From Camelus dromedarius (Eukaryota): 64,000 nt of DNA. Each line of letters starts with the position of its first letter. Position 1 is the first letter of the stretch. The notes under the pieces were generated by a model. It was not told where the DNA came from and ran no database searches. It worked only from the letters and a program-made list of their open reading frames with translations. The stretch lies in assembly GCF_036321535.1 (NCBI RefSeq), contig NC_087437.1:68264001-68328000 (forward strand), read 5' to 3'. Below, piece by piece: positions 50,654 through 63,270 of the stretch. The position numbers and the translations under genes are program-made.

Positions 50654-50789
50654 GGGGGGACAGTATAGCTCAGTAGTAGAGTGGTTGCTTAGCATGCATG
50701 AGGTCCTGGGTTCAATCTCCAGTCCTCCATTAAATAAATAAATAAGCCTAATTACCTCCCCCACCAAAATAAAACATAAAATCAATAAA
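50654..50789 (+). mobile_element. tRNA-derived SINE (camelid Vic-1-like)
   Basis: TATAGCTCAGTAGTAGAG...GCTTAGCATGCATGAGGTCCTGGGTTCAATCTCC...AAATAAATAAGCCTAATTACCTCCCC, then an A-rich tail. AGAATGC flanks both sides. Confidence 0.9.
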
Positions 50790-51501
50790 AGAATGCTACA
50801 CACAGGCTTTGGGTAAATGCTGGGAGAAACAAAACTGTACAGCTTTTTTGGGGGTAGCACATCTCAGGTCCTTTACTCTGCTAATGGACCCTGCAGAGTG
50901 GTTAAGACATGCAGTGTAGACCACACTTAGGGTCTCTGGGATGTTGGTAGAGTTTCCCCTGAGACATATATTCCAGAGAAAGCACTATGAGAAATCCTGA
51001 CTTAGGCAGCTTTTATTTATCTCACTCAGTAAATTCTCTGCAATAATTCGATTGCTGCCTTGTTGGTAATAAGCACTCACCCAGGAGGTGGCTAGAGTGA
51101 CTCTGGCAGGTCAGAGGAGATGAATGGAGCTTGGAAGTCTATAAATCCAAAAGGTGTCAGAATAATCTTTTCTCAATGCTTTTTGCTTCATACTTCAGCC
51201 TTCCCAATTTATCAAAAGATACCAGCCCAATATTGAGTTGGATTTCTACTCCCTCTCTTCACAGAGCAGGGGGGTCTAAGAAGATGTGTCCTACTAGTGT
51301 CAAGCAGTACCTTGAGTGTGTACTTTTTCAATATTAAGATGAACTGTGTTTTGTTCAGTATAGATTTTTAATTTGTAAAAATAATAAAATCTGTTGAGCT
51401 GTACTGTTTTATTGGGTCATGTAATGCTATATGGACTTGATTCATTGTAATGAGTCCTGCATATACAAGGGCAGGGCTGTGATTTTGTATCACCTATTCT
51501 T

Positions 51502-51516
51502 TTATTTACTTACTAT

Positions 51517-51568
<52 letters not shown>

Positions 51569-51690
51569 AATTTTGGGGAGATGTAATCAGGTTTTTTTAT
51601 TTATTTATGTTTAATGGAGGTCCTGGGGATTGACCCCAGGATCTCATGCATGTTAGGCATGCACTCTGTCACTGAGCTACACCCTCCCCC
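51502..51690 (-). mobile_element. tRNA-derived SINE (camelid Vic-1-like) with (TAAA)n tail and TSD
   Basis: The - strand reads GGGGGAGGGTGTAGCTCAGTGACAGAG...CCTGGGGTCAATCCCCAGG. (TTTA)n at ~51515-51566. 16-bp TSD TGTATCACCT(A/G)TTCTT at 51486-51501 and 51691-51706. Confidence 0.92.
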
Positions 51691-52819
51691 TGTATCACCT
51701 GTTCTTAATGTCAACCCTGACCCTTCATATAACACTGTGCTTTATATATTTATATCTACTTTTTATTCCTTTAAGGATTTGATTGTTTCTTTTCCAGACT
51801 AAAATACATCACATTTCTTTGTTATCCTAGTATTCTTCTCTTATCGATTAGAAAGGGCCAGAAATATAAGAGAGGGGAGGCTTATGAGAAAGGGATGGAT
51901 GGGGTTCAGCTGTGCCTTGGAAAATTCAGCTCTAGGAGGAGAAAGGTGGCTTTATCCCACCAAGTGGGAAATTCTGGATCATCTGCATGGTTGGATAGGA
52001 TTATCTATGTCTAAGTTACAGAAGACCAAAGGGAACTCAGAGGAGAGGTAACTAAAAGTAGATCTGATAAAGGAAAAAAGAAAAGGAAGGAAAGAAAGAC
52101 CAAACAAACATCCAGCAGAAGGTTGGAGAGGAAGGAGTAAGAAATACATAGAATATATAAAGCACTGAGGAAACAGGTTGATTGGAATACCAAGGACAGC
52201 AGTTAAGAGAAGACAAGAAAATATGACAATACTAGCATAACAAAGATCCCAAATTAAAGGATCTAATGGAAGATTTGGTCATGGAATTGCAAGGTTAATT
52301 CTCGAAGCGCTTTTAAAAGCCCCCAAAAGCATACAATTCACTTTAAAGGAGTTCCAATTTTAAAAGCTCCCTAGAGGCACTGTAATAGAAAAGGGCTTTT
52401 AAATGCTATTTCTATTTTTTCCCTGTTTTCCTTAGAGGCTGTCTCAGAGGGATGATTTATTGTCTATTATATTTAAAGTGACAGGGCCAATTTTGAAGGC
52501 CTGCTGCAATGGTGCTAGCATCAATGTACATGGGATTGCAGAGTGTACCCCATATACAGCCAACCAGTACCTGACTTCTGTTTGGTTTTGGGCAGAATGA
52601 TAGAAATGGAATGAGAGACACATGGAACTAACTCTCTTCTTCTGAAAATAAGAGAAGTCCTATTGTTCACACCTAACTGAGGCTAATAGGAAAAAAAAGG
52701 TTTAATCAACAAAAGTTTTGACTGGATTTTTTTCCCTTAAAAGGTAAAAATGAACACAGATTCTTTGTAATGGAGATACAGAGTGATATTTCCTTCAAGC
52801 CAATATAAAAATTCTCCCT

Positions 52820-53185
52820 TTTATTTATTTAACAAATACAGCATGTGCTCGAAGTTCAAGGCACTAGCCTAACTGGTTTACGTAGATGTAGGTAATACTG
52901 CTTTGTGGTTAAAGAGGGAGACAGAGGGAGAGAGAGATAAAAGACACTGAAAAACAGTGAGTCTCCTGACCCATGATTTTCCCAGAGTTTAAATCTAAAG
53001 ACGAATTCAAGTGAGTTAGAGTCTAGATTCCACATGCGAGAGCTGTGAATGAACTTGAGTGAATCATTCAACTTCTTTGAGTAAGAAAAGCATTGATACA
53101 CAATCTGCTGACCTTCGAGAATGCTGCCAGAATCCATTCAACATAAGATGAGTGGGCTAACACGTTGAAAAGCTCCGTAATGAAT
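52820..53185. mobile_element. L2 3' fragment (-) followed by MIR fragment (+)
   Basis: TTATTTATTTAACAAATAC...AAGGCACTAG...CCTGACCCATGA...GAGTTTAAATCTA, then GAGTTAGAGTCTAGATTC...AGCTGTGAATGAACTTGAGTGAATCATTCAACTTCT. Confidence 0.45.
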
Positions 53186-53444
53186 AAGGTTAACTGTGAT
53201 TATCAAGTTTGCTCCCAACTATTTCTTACATAATTTTTAGTGCTTTGCGGAATTGGGGTGTTTTGGTGAATGCACATTATCTCAGAACTCAAAAGCATCC
53301 TAAATACACTGATCTCAAGGTATAGTAAAGTCAAATAATAAATTCCTTTGCCTATACATGCTCCCTAATGAGACTCTTAATTAAAGTAATATCAAAGTTC
53401 TTCATGTCTTCCCTCTTTCACATTTTTCCCCAAAAATGTTTCTG

Positions 53445-54080
53445 TTTGCTTTTTCTGATTAGTGTGATATTCATTGTATAAGATCTGAAAACATGGAAAA
53501 ATCAAAAGAAAAAAGAAAGACCCTTGGTTATCCTATTACAAAGATACAAGCAATGTTAATATTTTGATGTATTTCCTTCCAATCTTTTAAATGTTATATC
53601 TGTGTGTCTAAGTATGATTTTTCAACATCACTTTAAGCAGAATTTACTTTTTGTTTCTTTTTCCACTTAACATTATTCTTTTAAGTAAAATAATTTATTT
53701 AAAAATGTGACAATTGGAGTTACATGCATTTCACTAGTTCATGATTTCCTTTGGCTGGAAATATTTCCATAAAATATTTTTATAATTTTAATGCTGCAGT
53801 GAATATATTTGTACATAAACTTTTATTCTTATTTATGGTTAATTTCTTAGAAATAATAGATTTCTAGAAACAAAAATTATTTTTGAGTTAGTTTTACCTA
53901 TTTAAGGTCATTTATAAAGATTTACCATTTTTTTTGACCATCATCTGGCTGTATGCCTTTCTTTCCACACCTATAACAGTAGTAAGCATTATCTTTTGTT
54001 TACTATTTATGAAAATATAGTATCTATATATAATTTTAATGTATACTTATATAAAATATAAAACTTCTATTTTTATTATT
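53445..54080 (-). mobile_element. Old L1 (L1ME-like) fragment
   Basis: GCAATGTTAATATTTTGATGTATTTCCTTCCAATCTTTT...TTTTTCCACTTAACATT...AATGCTGCAGTGAATATATTTGTACATAAAC...ATTTCTAGAA. Confidence 0.55.
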
Positions 54081-54599
54081 TTTGTGAAGTAGGATAAATT
54101 CTAGTCACATTGTACTTTTAAAAATAATCTCTTCTCCAGATCACATTATAAAATATTTGAATCAGTTTATTAGCATGATAGTTATACAATATTCATAATA
54201 GAAAAAAAGTATGAGACAAACATGAATGTAAAATACACTCTGAGTTTCCTAGAAGCCAAAACAATAAAGAGAAGTCTATTTGTTCATTAACTGACAGAAT
54301 TCAGAAGTCTATTCAAGAGAGACAAACTTTTTTTGTGGTAATACACGCTAAAATGTAGTTATTTTATGAAAACTTAAAGAGAGGATGGTTAATATCATAA
54401 TGGAGAATGCTTTTAACCATGTTATAGCAAATCCAAAACCATGCTTTATTGTGAAGTCTTTTATTTCTACCCTCAGTAAACAATGAGAGAATGTTCTTAA
54501 AGACCATGAAGTTAGTTCTGTGGAAGATTATGCTCTGTTTGTCCCAAATGAATAACTCTCCAATGACTGACCCATTTTGATATAAAGACAATTTGGTAT

Positions 54600-54800
54600 A
54601 ACTGTATAATTAGGCTAATCACTTAATGTGTACCTTATTCTTCACAGAACTCAGTGAGGCATGGTACTCATGTCTCCATTGTACAGATAAGAACCCTGAG
54701 GCTTGGAGAGGATAAAAAACTTTCCCAAGGCCATAGAGCTAGAAAACATTGGAACTAGAGCTTTAATCAGAGGTCACATTCTCAAAGACTAGGCAATACT
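54600..54800 (-). mobile_element. MIR
   Basis: TTCTTCACAGAACTCAGTGAGG...CTCCATTGTACAGATAAGAACCCTGAGGCTTGGAGAGG...TTTCCCAAGGCCATAGAGCTAG. Confidence 0.7.
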
Positions 54801-56279
54801 TCCTAATTTCCAGAAGAAGAATTGTTTAGTAGAATGTTATCATTAGCATTTCCATTAAAGACAGTGAAGAAAAGAAGGAGAAATCAGTGAATGACTTGCT
54901 TTCTTTTGAAAATCAGGACTATGACAGAAATAGGCTTTCCTGAAGGTCAAAGGATAAATAAAAATTTAGGTCTATTATCTGAAGAAAAATGCAGGGTTTT
55001 TTTTTCATGGGATTTGTTTAAGTATGTCATGTTTTCTCACATCCCTTATTTGGCATTGATTGTGCTTCAATCTAGACAGGCCAAGTAGACATATAAAGGT
55101 GGACATCTTGGTTCTGAATAAAGACAATATTTCTATTCAAATTTTCACATTATGGACAATAACGTGAAGACACTGCCAATTTCTGCCATATTAACTAGGA
55201 AGTGAACAAACTGATGCTGTGTGTTTTATAATGTTCCTTGTTGTTGATATTGTTTGTTTAAATATTTTGACTTTAACAGCTTATTTTCATCTCATCAGAT
55301 GACCCAGTTTGAATGTTGTTATTTTAAAAATACACTTCTCTGTTTTTAGATAACCAGTAATTTAGACATATAATCAGCTCTCATTTATACAGAAGCCAGA
55401 TATACAATTTAATAATTAGACAGGCTGCCTTGTGACTTTCTGTCGTTTGGCCATTCGTTGACACCACTCCCTTTGGATGCTGTAAGGACAAAAAAGGCAT
55501 GTGTGGATCTTACTCCAGGTTGTTAGATTTCAGCTTTTGCAAAAGCTAGGTAATGGGTAAAATTAGTAGACTTGATTTTTTGTGGTTTATTTTCCATCAT
55601 CAGGCGATGATAATGACAGCAGTACAATAATCAGTTTTTAGCATACAGCTATCCCAGAAGGCTAATACCAAATACATAGGTACAGTAGTGAAATAAAATA
55701 CAGACATATATTGTCCATCAATTGATCAATTGATTTATTTTATGCACAAGAATTTTGAAAGCATATCCATCTTCTCTTGAATACTTCTAGTCCTGTTTTT
55801 CAGAAAATTTTAAGCAGCTGTTATAATAGCTAATATTCATACAGCCCTTTGTTTCAGAGGGTGTTCTGGAAAAAAATATATATATGTATATATATTTCAG
55901 TATATATATAAACTTGTTTAATTCTAACAGTAATTTAATTCTAGAAGCCCAAGGACTTCAATGAGAGTGCCTAAGCATTTGGGACTGGTACTTTTGTACA
56001 TTACTTTCTACAAATCCATCACATACAGTATTTTCATAGTAATCAGGAATTTATTCTTTCTTTTACAGATAATTCATTCTCTAAGAAAAAGACTATGATG
56101 GGCTAGCCTGAGATTTTATTCATCTTTCATACACATAAAATGTATTTGTATTTAACTCTATTAATGTTATATTTCCCATCATTACAGTTAAATGGAAGAT
56201 TTATACATCCCAAGACAGTCTGTTTCCTCTAGATGTGCAATAAATAGTTATAGAATTCTCCGATTGTGATAGAATCAAG

Positions 56280-57260
56280 GAATCATAGAATTGGAAGTGA
56301 TTTCAGAAGTCATTTAGTCCAGATGCTTAATTGAGATCTCTTTTACTGTGTGAGTTTTTGCATGGTTTCTTTTGAGCTCCTTCTACTGTCAGGTAACTCA
56401 TTATTTATTAGGAAAACTATTCTTCTTGTTAAAAAGATCTCTTCATTTGAGCCAAAGTCTATTTCTTTGAAAATTTTACCCATTCTTTCTTTTATAGATC
56501 CTCTCAGAATAAGTCTACAGCTTTTCTCCATTAAAAATCTTTTTAAATAGTTAACTTAATTAAATTATTGTCATTGCCCTCGAACACACCCTCTTTTGAT
56601 TCACTTTCTTCCGTTTTTCTTCGGTTGACAGTGTTCCAAGTTGTTTCTGCCATATTCATTTGATCTAGATATTGTCAACATCTTTATGTATAGTGGCCAG
56701 AGTTAAAAATCTATATTTCCTCTATACAGTGACAATCATGGAATAGAGCAGATCTGTAACCATCCTTGCTCAAACAACTGTGCTTGTGTTAAGCCTAAGA
56801 ATGCGTGGGTGCTCTCAACAGCAACAACACATTGTGGAATTATAATGAGGCATGTAGTCAACTACAATGACCAAGGATATCATGCTGTAAAATTGTGCTC
56901 TCTGGTTGGTACTTATGGTGAAGTGGTGGGCTAAGGCAAACTAGTTTGTTGCCCACGTTTGATCTTATTTTGTTGACTTGTTTAAAATGACCTAGAGTTC
57001 ATTTTGCATCTTGCTTCTGTTATGCCTTAGCTTTGCTTCTTACAGTTTGGGAAATGAATTGATCATCTTGAGGTATATATATTCTCCCTCCATGTAATAA
57101 TAAATATGTCCAATAGGAGTGCACCTACAATTCAGCCTTTGCTAAGTTAGTATTTTTTCCTTCCGAGCGATGTAAATCCCTGCATTAATACTCCTGGATG
57201 GTTATTCTGTCAATTAAGAGCACACCTAAATAGTTTGGATCCAACCCTATATTTCTCCAT
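56280..57260 (-). mobile_element. CR1/L3 LINE fragment
   Basis: AATCATAGAATTGGAAGTGATTTCAGAAGTCATTTAGTCCAG (CR1 3' end in reverse), ACTATTCTTCTTGTTAAAAAGATCTCTTC...GAGCCAAAGTCT, continuing as degenerate ORF2-like sequence. Confidence 0.6.
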
Positions 57261-59074
57261 TTTTTTAAAACATTTTTATTTTTAACAACTGAAACATTTG
57301 CTGTGTTACTCCCTAAATCATAAACATTTGTTGTTCAAAACTTGGTCCTGTTTCTTTCTTTCTTTGTTTTGGGGCTTTGGTAAATTACTGGGAATTAATG
57401 TGAAAATCAAATCTCTTCTAAGTGGAAAACAGGACTTAATGTTCTATGGCATTATAAGTCTGTGACTCCATCCCAAAAAATCATAGCTGCTGCTTGGCAT
57501 AATTTTACTTTCAAATGAGCTTTGTGCCTGCTATGATGATTATTATGCATTGATAAAGAACATTCTTTTCTAAAACGGTGTACAGTCATTTTTACTAGCT
57601 ATTCTTTTCAAGAGTCACATGAGGTACTTCAGTATTAAACTCATAAAAAAAATTGGGGGCTGCCATCGCTGCAGTCAAAACATTCTCCGGAGCTGTGAGG
57701 TCAAGTTTGATTTTGTATTTTTGAGACTACACAATGCCCCGCTGCCTTCATCAGCCTCCTTGAAAATTAGGAGGTGACAATGAAGAAAAGAAGCTTCTTG
57801 ATGCAAAGTAACCAACAAGCCATTAGCAGAGGGAGGACTAGAACTCACACTTCCCGAGTGTTGTCGTTATTGCACAGTCATGTGTGCACTTTATCGCTCC
57901 TACATTGTTTTCCTCTCACTTAAGTGTCCTCCTGTTCCAGTTCTTAACTCTATTTTAGACGATCTCTTCAAATGTATAAGTTGTCCTCTCCAAGTTAAAT
58001 ACCACGTTATTTCCTGTTTTAAATATTGTGACATCTTATCAAAAGTGGTTTATTAATTGGACAATCTGGAAGAATCAGATGTGGAGTGGTTGATAGGGGA
58101 CTTAACTTTGCACCAGCCTTGGATCCCTTAAATAATTCTCCAGAACTTGTTTATTTCTCGTGGGAAGCTGACTGTTGTCCAGCTGGCTTCAAGAGCCCTC
58201 TGAACACTGAGGTTCCCTGACTCTCCCTCACCCTCCTGTCAGTATCCGGCCACCACCCTTGCTCTGCTTAGTTCCATTTAAGCCCGACTCTATGGGCTGC
58301 TTTGCATGTTCTGAATCCTGCGTGACACCTCCTCCTGTAATCAAGCAGAGCATCACTGCTTCCCCCAATCACCCTCTGCACTTAATTAGCCAATAGAGCT
58401 AGACATATGGAGGATAGGATCACAAACCCAAATCAGCAGTTGTCAGAAGAGATTAATTCAAACAGGAGGCAGCAAAACACTTGTTTTTTTTTTTTTCTCT
58501 CTCTCTCACTCCATGCTCATTTTCTGTGGTCTGATGAGGGAAATGATTATTAATACCTCCAGCTGTGCCCTCAGGCAGATGCCAGGAACTTCAGGGAACT
58601 GTCTTCCACTTCCCCAGCTCCCTTAAATCTTTCTTCTGGAGATACTTTCTGGACCTTTGGTTAATCAGGTGGCCTTGGGATGAGTCTGGAAAGTTCATGC
58701 CTATGCGTCAAGTTCAATCTGTAGAATCCTGTTGGGAGGGTCTCTCCTGTGATCCAGGCTGAAAGCAGTGTCCTCTCGGGTTCCCACACAGAACTGGAAG
58801 TGGAAAAGTTGAGTGGAAACATTCTTACTGTCTAATTTCTCCTGGATGTAATTCTCATCCTGATAGTTGATCTGTCAATATGTGTTCATTTTTTTTTAAT
58901 GTTTTCAGCCCTTTTCTAGGCACTATGAAAAATAGAGATAAATAGCATACAGTTGTTGCTCCTGGAAATTATGTAAGAAAAAATGAAAACTAATACTTAT
59001 TTGCAGAGCAAACCTGTACAAGTTATTGTATTAAGTTTTAGAAGCTTAGAGCTTTAAGTCAGTTGCTTAGTTGC

Positions 59075-59445
59075 TTACTCATTAAGGACTTGCTTATTTC
59101 AAATGACAGAAAACATGACTCCGGCTGGCATGAAGAAAAATAATCTATTGGCTCACCTATCAGAGAAAGGAATAAATCCCCATCAGGTACAGCTGCATCC
59201 AGGGGCTCATCAGAGCTCAGGACTTCTCCATCTCTGGATTACCCTGGCAGCACTGAGGTGGTATTGAAGTTTCCCAACTCCATCCTGTCCTTTCAGCAGC
59301 CAGTGTGGGAAAGAAAGAAAACTGCTTTTTCTCAGTAATTTCTAAAAGAGCCCCAGACCTAACTCTTACTAACCTAAAACTGTGGTATTGGGGTCTGGAA
59401 GACACAGATTAATTGTCTTAAGTCATATTCCTCCCTAGTAGTTAG
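59075..59445 (-). mobile_element. Old MaLR LTR (MLT1J/K-like) fragment
   Basis: TCAAATGACAGAAAAC...AATCTATTGGCTCAC...TCAGGTACAGCTGCATCCAGGGGCTCA. Confidence 0.55.
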
Positions 59446-59449
59446 AAGT

Positions 59450-59640
59450 AGATTGCCTGAGTCCAAAAACCACCTCATACTTGCAGCTTATAACCATGGG
59501 CAAGTTCCTTAATTTTTCTATCTCTCTGTTTTATCACCTGAAAAGATCGAGCAGGATCTAGTTATACTAAGTAATGAGGATTAAATGAGTTAATTCATGA
59601 AAATTCTAGAAGTGATGTCCAAACTTTAGTTGATTATTGT
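59450..59640 (+). mobile_element. MIR
   Basis: TGCCTGAGTCCAAAA...CCATGGGCAAGTTCCTTAAT...TGAGGATTAAATGAGTTAAT. Confidence 0.7.
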
Positions 59641-60950
59641 TTACTTTTAAGGTATGTGACATCCAGTTAAAATTCTATTTTACATGGGAAATTGGACTAA
59701 ACAATCTCAGTATACTATCCAATTTCAACAACTGTATGATTTCTTTACAGACATTAGAGTAAACATTTTTAGACTTGGAGGAACACCCTAAATTATTCTG
59801 AAGCCTGAAAATATGCTGCCAAGTATTTCCATAAGGCTCTTCTCTGTACCAAGAATTCCTTTCTTATCCCTGAGAACTGTATTTAGTGTGCTTCCTATCT
59901 CACTGTGAGGGCACAGTGCACTCAGTGGGAGAGGTGCTTTCCCAGCTGGCTTGTACAGCAAAATGAAGATGGAACCTAATTGCAAACATCCCCAGCCAAT
60001 GCCACTGCTTTGTCATTCAGGAGATTTGTGGCTTTGAAAGGCGATCTTGAAAGGGATGCCCTATTGGGCTTGGACAGTCATGATCCAGTCAGCACAACTT
60101 GATCAGTTCTGCATCTGATGTGAGCTGGGCAAGGGACGTGGACAGCAGAAGATACAATAGCATAATAGCAGAGCAAACTGTGAGGAAACACTAGTTGAGA
60201 CAAAGATGTTGTGTTGGTCGGAAAGAAATAAAAGCACACTGGTAGTAGGAGAATCTCAAATACATGAGTAGAAGATGAACTGGGTTTGTTGAATGAGTTG
60301 TTTCCCACTTAGTCTCTTTGTGTTGGAAAAAGCTTTCTCCTCTCTGTGGCAGCCAAGAAAGAGCCTTATGTGCTAGACATAGTGGAGAGAGACTCTGTGT
60401 TTCTGCAGTAATTAGTCATTCGTGATTATGATTCTGTTACCTGGAATGCAGTTACTACATGGACAGTGACTGTGGTATACCATGAGAGAAGTGGGATGCA
60501 GAGGCTATCTGGAATATTCCCCTTCTTAAAAATTTGATCTATACGTATTACCACCAGCCAATTTGCAGAAGTAAGCGAAGTAGCAATGTTAGCTACGAGT
60601 GACTTTATAGGTTACCACTGAAAACAACAATTCTGATATCACTTTTACTTACTCTAGCCTTGTAAAACTTAAGCTTCACATTTTACAGTTTACTGGTGAG
60701 AGGTCCTCTTGTTGCAGACTTTTACTGCCTTCTCCCCATCCATGCTAGACCATGGGGAAGAAGGAGAGACTTATCTTCACTATTCAACAGTGAAAAGATC
60801 CTGAAAGCAGGTCAATGGTCATCTTATTCCATCATGCTTCTCATCTTCCTTTTCTGCCTTCATATTAGTCTACTTGTTGTCCATAAACATCCCCCCCTGT
60901 CATAACTGTGTTTCTTAGCATCATGTTTCAACTTAGGATACATTAATCTA

Positions 60951-61152
60951 CAGTGGTATTTCTAAAAGTGTGGTCCAGTGACCAAGTGCATCACAAATAT
61001 CTACTTTTATTGAAAATGCAAATTCCTTGGCCATTGGAATCAGAATCACTGAGAGCCCAGGCATACAAATTTTTTTCAAGGAGTACTAGGTTTTCTGTTT
61101 TGTTTTGTTTTTTATCTCTTTCACTGGGCAGCTTTCTCAATCAGAAACTACT
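60951..61152. mobile_element. MER5A-like hAT MITE
   Basis: CAGTGG...AAAGTGTGGTCC...TGCATCA...TTGAAAATGCAAATTCCTTGGCC...GAATCAGAATCACTG...CCCAGG. Confidence 0.65.
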
Positions 61153-61931
61153 TTGATCAGAGAGATTCCATACCTAGGTAAACTGTGAAGTGTCTCCATG
61201 GCTTTGTGAATTACTATATTCGTGTCTGAGGGGTGTCAGCAAGGAAAGGGAGGCAGCTCTTCTTGTTTTCTCCCTTCTTGCCCCCTTATCTCTTAGACTA
61301 TGGATTCTTCCGACTGACTTTCTCAGTCTCCAACCCTCAGCCTTTTGCATAGCAAATGGTGACGTTTGAGCAATCTGAAAGACGTTATGCTTTTTATCTC
61401 CACTGCCTTTAAGGGCCATGGAAATGGAGATAATGAAATCCGAACAAAAGTGCAGAACTAGTCAGAGGATCGGGCTGTATCTTCTGGGGAAGATGGGGCA
61501 CTGAGCACACGTGAGGGGAAGGAGTGAGAGAGGAGGTGGAGGAACGGGAAACAGCTGTCTGGTAAAGCCATGCAGGTGTGGAGGGGACTTATTAGGTTCC
61601 CGCAGGCTCTGTCATTAAGGCTGTGGCAGCTGTTCTCAAATGTGACTGGCACAGTCACCAGGGAGGCAGTAAACTCGGCTTAATGTTCAGAGTACTGAAG
61701 TGGCACCATTGGGCAGGAGGGTGGCAAGTTTCACCTCCATGCCAGAGTGACAGCTGCTCTTGTCCCCTTAGTTGTGGAATCTCTGTCAACTTCCTCTTTG
61801 GCCTTATCTTATCTCACAGGCTCGATGCTGCTCCCCTGTAACTGGACTTGAGTTATTATGGGCGGCAACATAGTCCTTGCCCAGAATCCTGTGAGAGCTT
61901 GCCCAGTATCAACTCAGCTCCAGGAAATCTT

Positions 61932-61996
61932 AAAAAAAAAAAACAAAAGAAGAAGAAGAAGAAGAAGAAGAAGAAGAAGAAGAAGAAGAAGAAGAA
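61932..61996 (+). repeat. A12-C-A4 run followed by (GAA)16
   Basis: Directly visible; uninterrupted GAA from 61949 to 61996. Confidence 0.95.
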
Positions 61997-63037
61997 TCTG
62001 AGAGATATGCATGGCCTGGTAGCACAAAGTCCAAAGCAATCTTAAAAATTGCATTTGAGACCCTGGAATTTTTCCAACTGTGCTACATAGGCGAGGGTAT
62101 GTCAAAAGCCATTTGTTTTTCCTGAAAGTGGCAGAATGGCTAATTGACCCTAAATCTGCAGTAGAGATATATCATTGTGTTTGTCCTCCCTTCAAAAAAA
62201 TTCTACATCATAAATACATAGGACCACACTGTAGGAATAGAGATGGTTGCATTCTCTGTTCATAGGTAGATTAGAGGAAATAACTGGTTACTGGAAACAC
62301 AGCACAGCAAGATGGCCCTTTAACAGTGAAAGGTGAGGACTAATTTAGCATACTGATGGGTTTATTTGAAGCAGAAATTTGCTATGATTGGACTGAAAAT
62401 CACTGACCCCTTTGTGTGTACATTCAGGTCTTGGTCTCCAGGCATTGCCAAAATCCTCAAGCATTAGACAAGACATGGCAAATCCTGATGATTGATATAT
62501 CCTGTTCAAAAGCAATCTTTCTACAAGTCTAACCACCTCTAAGATATTCTGTTTCTTTTTCTGTTACATTTTTTTCTAAACCACTTGGCATCTGGGAGAA
62601 TTTTGGTTGTCAATTACTGACATTTGAAAGAAGATAGATGGAGGTTTTCAGGAGATGGCTTTTTAGCTGTTTGCCAAAACTTTACAGTTAGCATACCTTT
62701 AGTAAATTCATCAAGGTTCTGGGTCTAGCTTTTAGCCTCAGTGGTTCAAATGTCAATCTTGTCAGTGTCCAGAGTTGATTGGGTTTAGAAAGCTGACTGA
62801 TAATATTAAAACTCACCAAAGACTGAACTATGAGCCAAAATGCCAAGTTAGAAACTTAACGTGATACAAGGATCAGAATAGTAAAATCAGCCTGCCAGTG
62901 TATCCCTCCTTACAGGCCAATCCATGTGGGACAGTGAGATACTTAGCACTCATGGGCTTAAAATAGGGATGATTAGTTGCAGAAGTCACATATACATATT
63001 GCTGTAAATCGTATATCCATCTCCAAGTTGATCAGTA

Positions 63038-63270
63038 TAATAAACACTTATTGAGAGCTAACTACGGACTAGGACTGTCCCAAATGCTTGACATACATTA
63101 ACTCAATAATTTTTACAGCAACCCTAATGGTGGATCCTATTATACTCACAGAGAATAAAACTGAGTCACAGAGATGCTAGTGAGTTACCCAAGGCTAAGA
63201 AAATAATATGAATTACAGCTCAGCTTATCTGGTGGCAAACTCCAGTTTTAAACCCTCTGCTATAATGTAC
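63038..63270 (-). mobile_element. MIR
   Basis: TAACACTTATTGAGAGCTAACTAC...AAATGCTTGACATACATTAACTCA...AAACTGAGTCACAGAG...GTTACCCAAGG. Confidence 0.7.

Noticed and set aside
48763..51690. tRNA genes
   Set aside because: A and B boxes are present, but the acceptor stems are degenerate, and the AT-rich tails and TSDs identify them as tRNA-derived SINEs.
61848..62105. Poly-Lys and poly-Leu ORFs
   Set aside because: These are translations of the A-run and (GAA)16 microsatellite.
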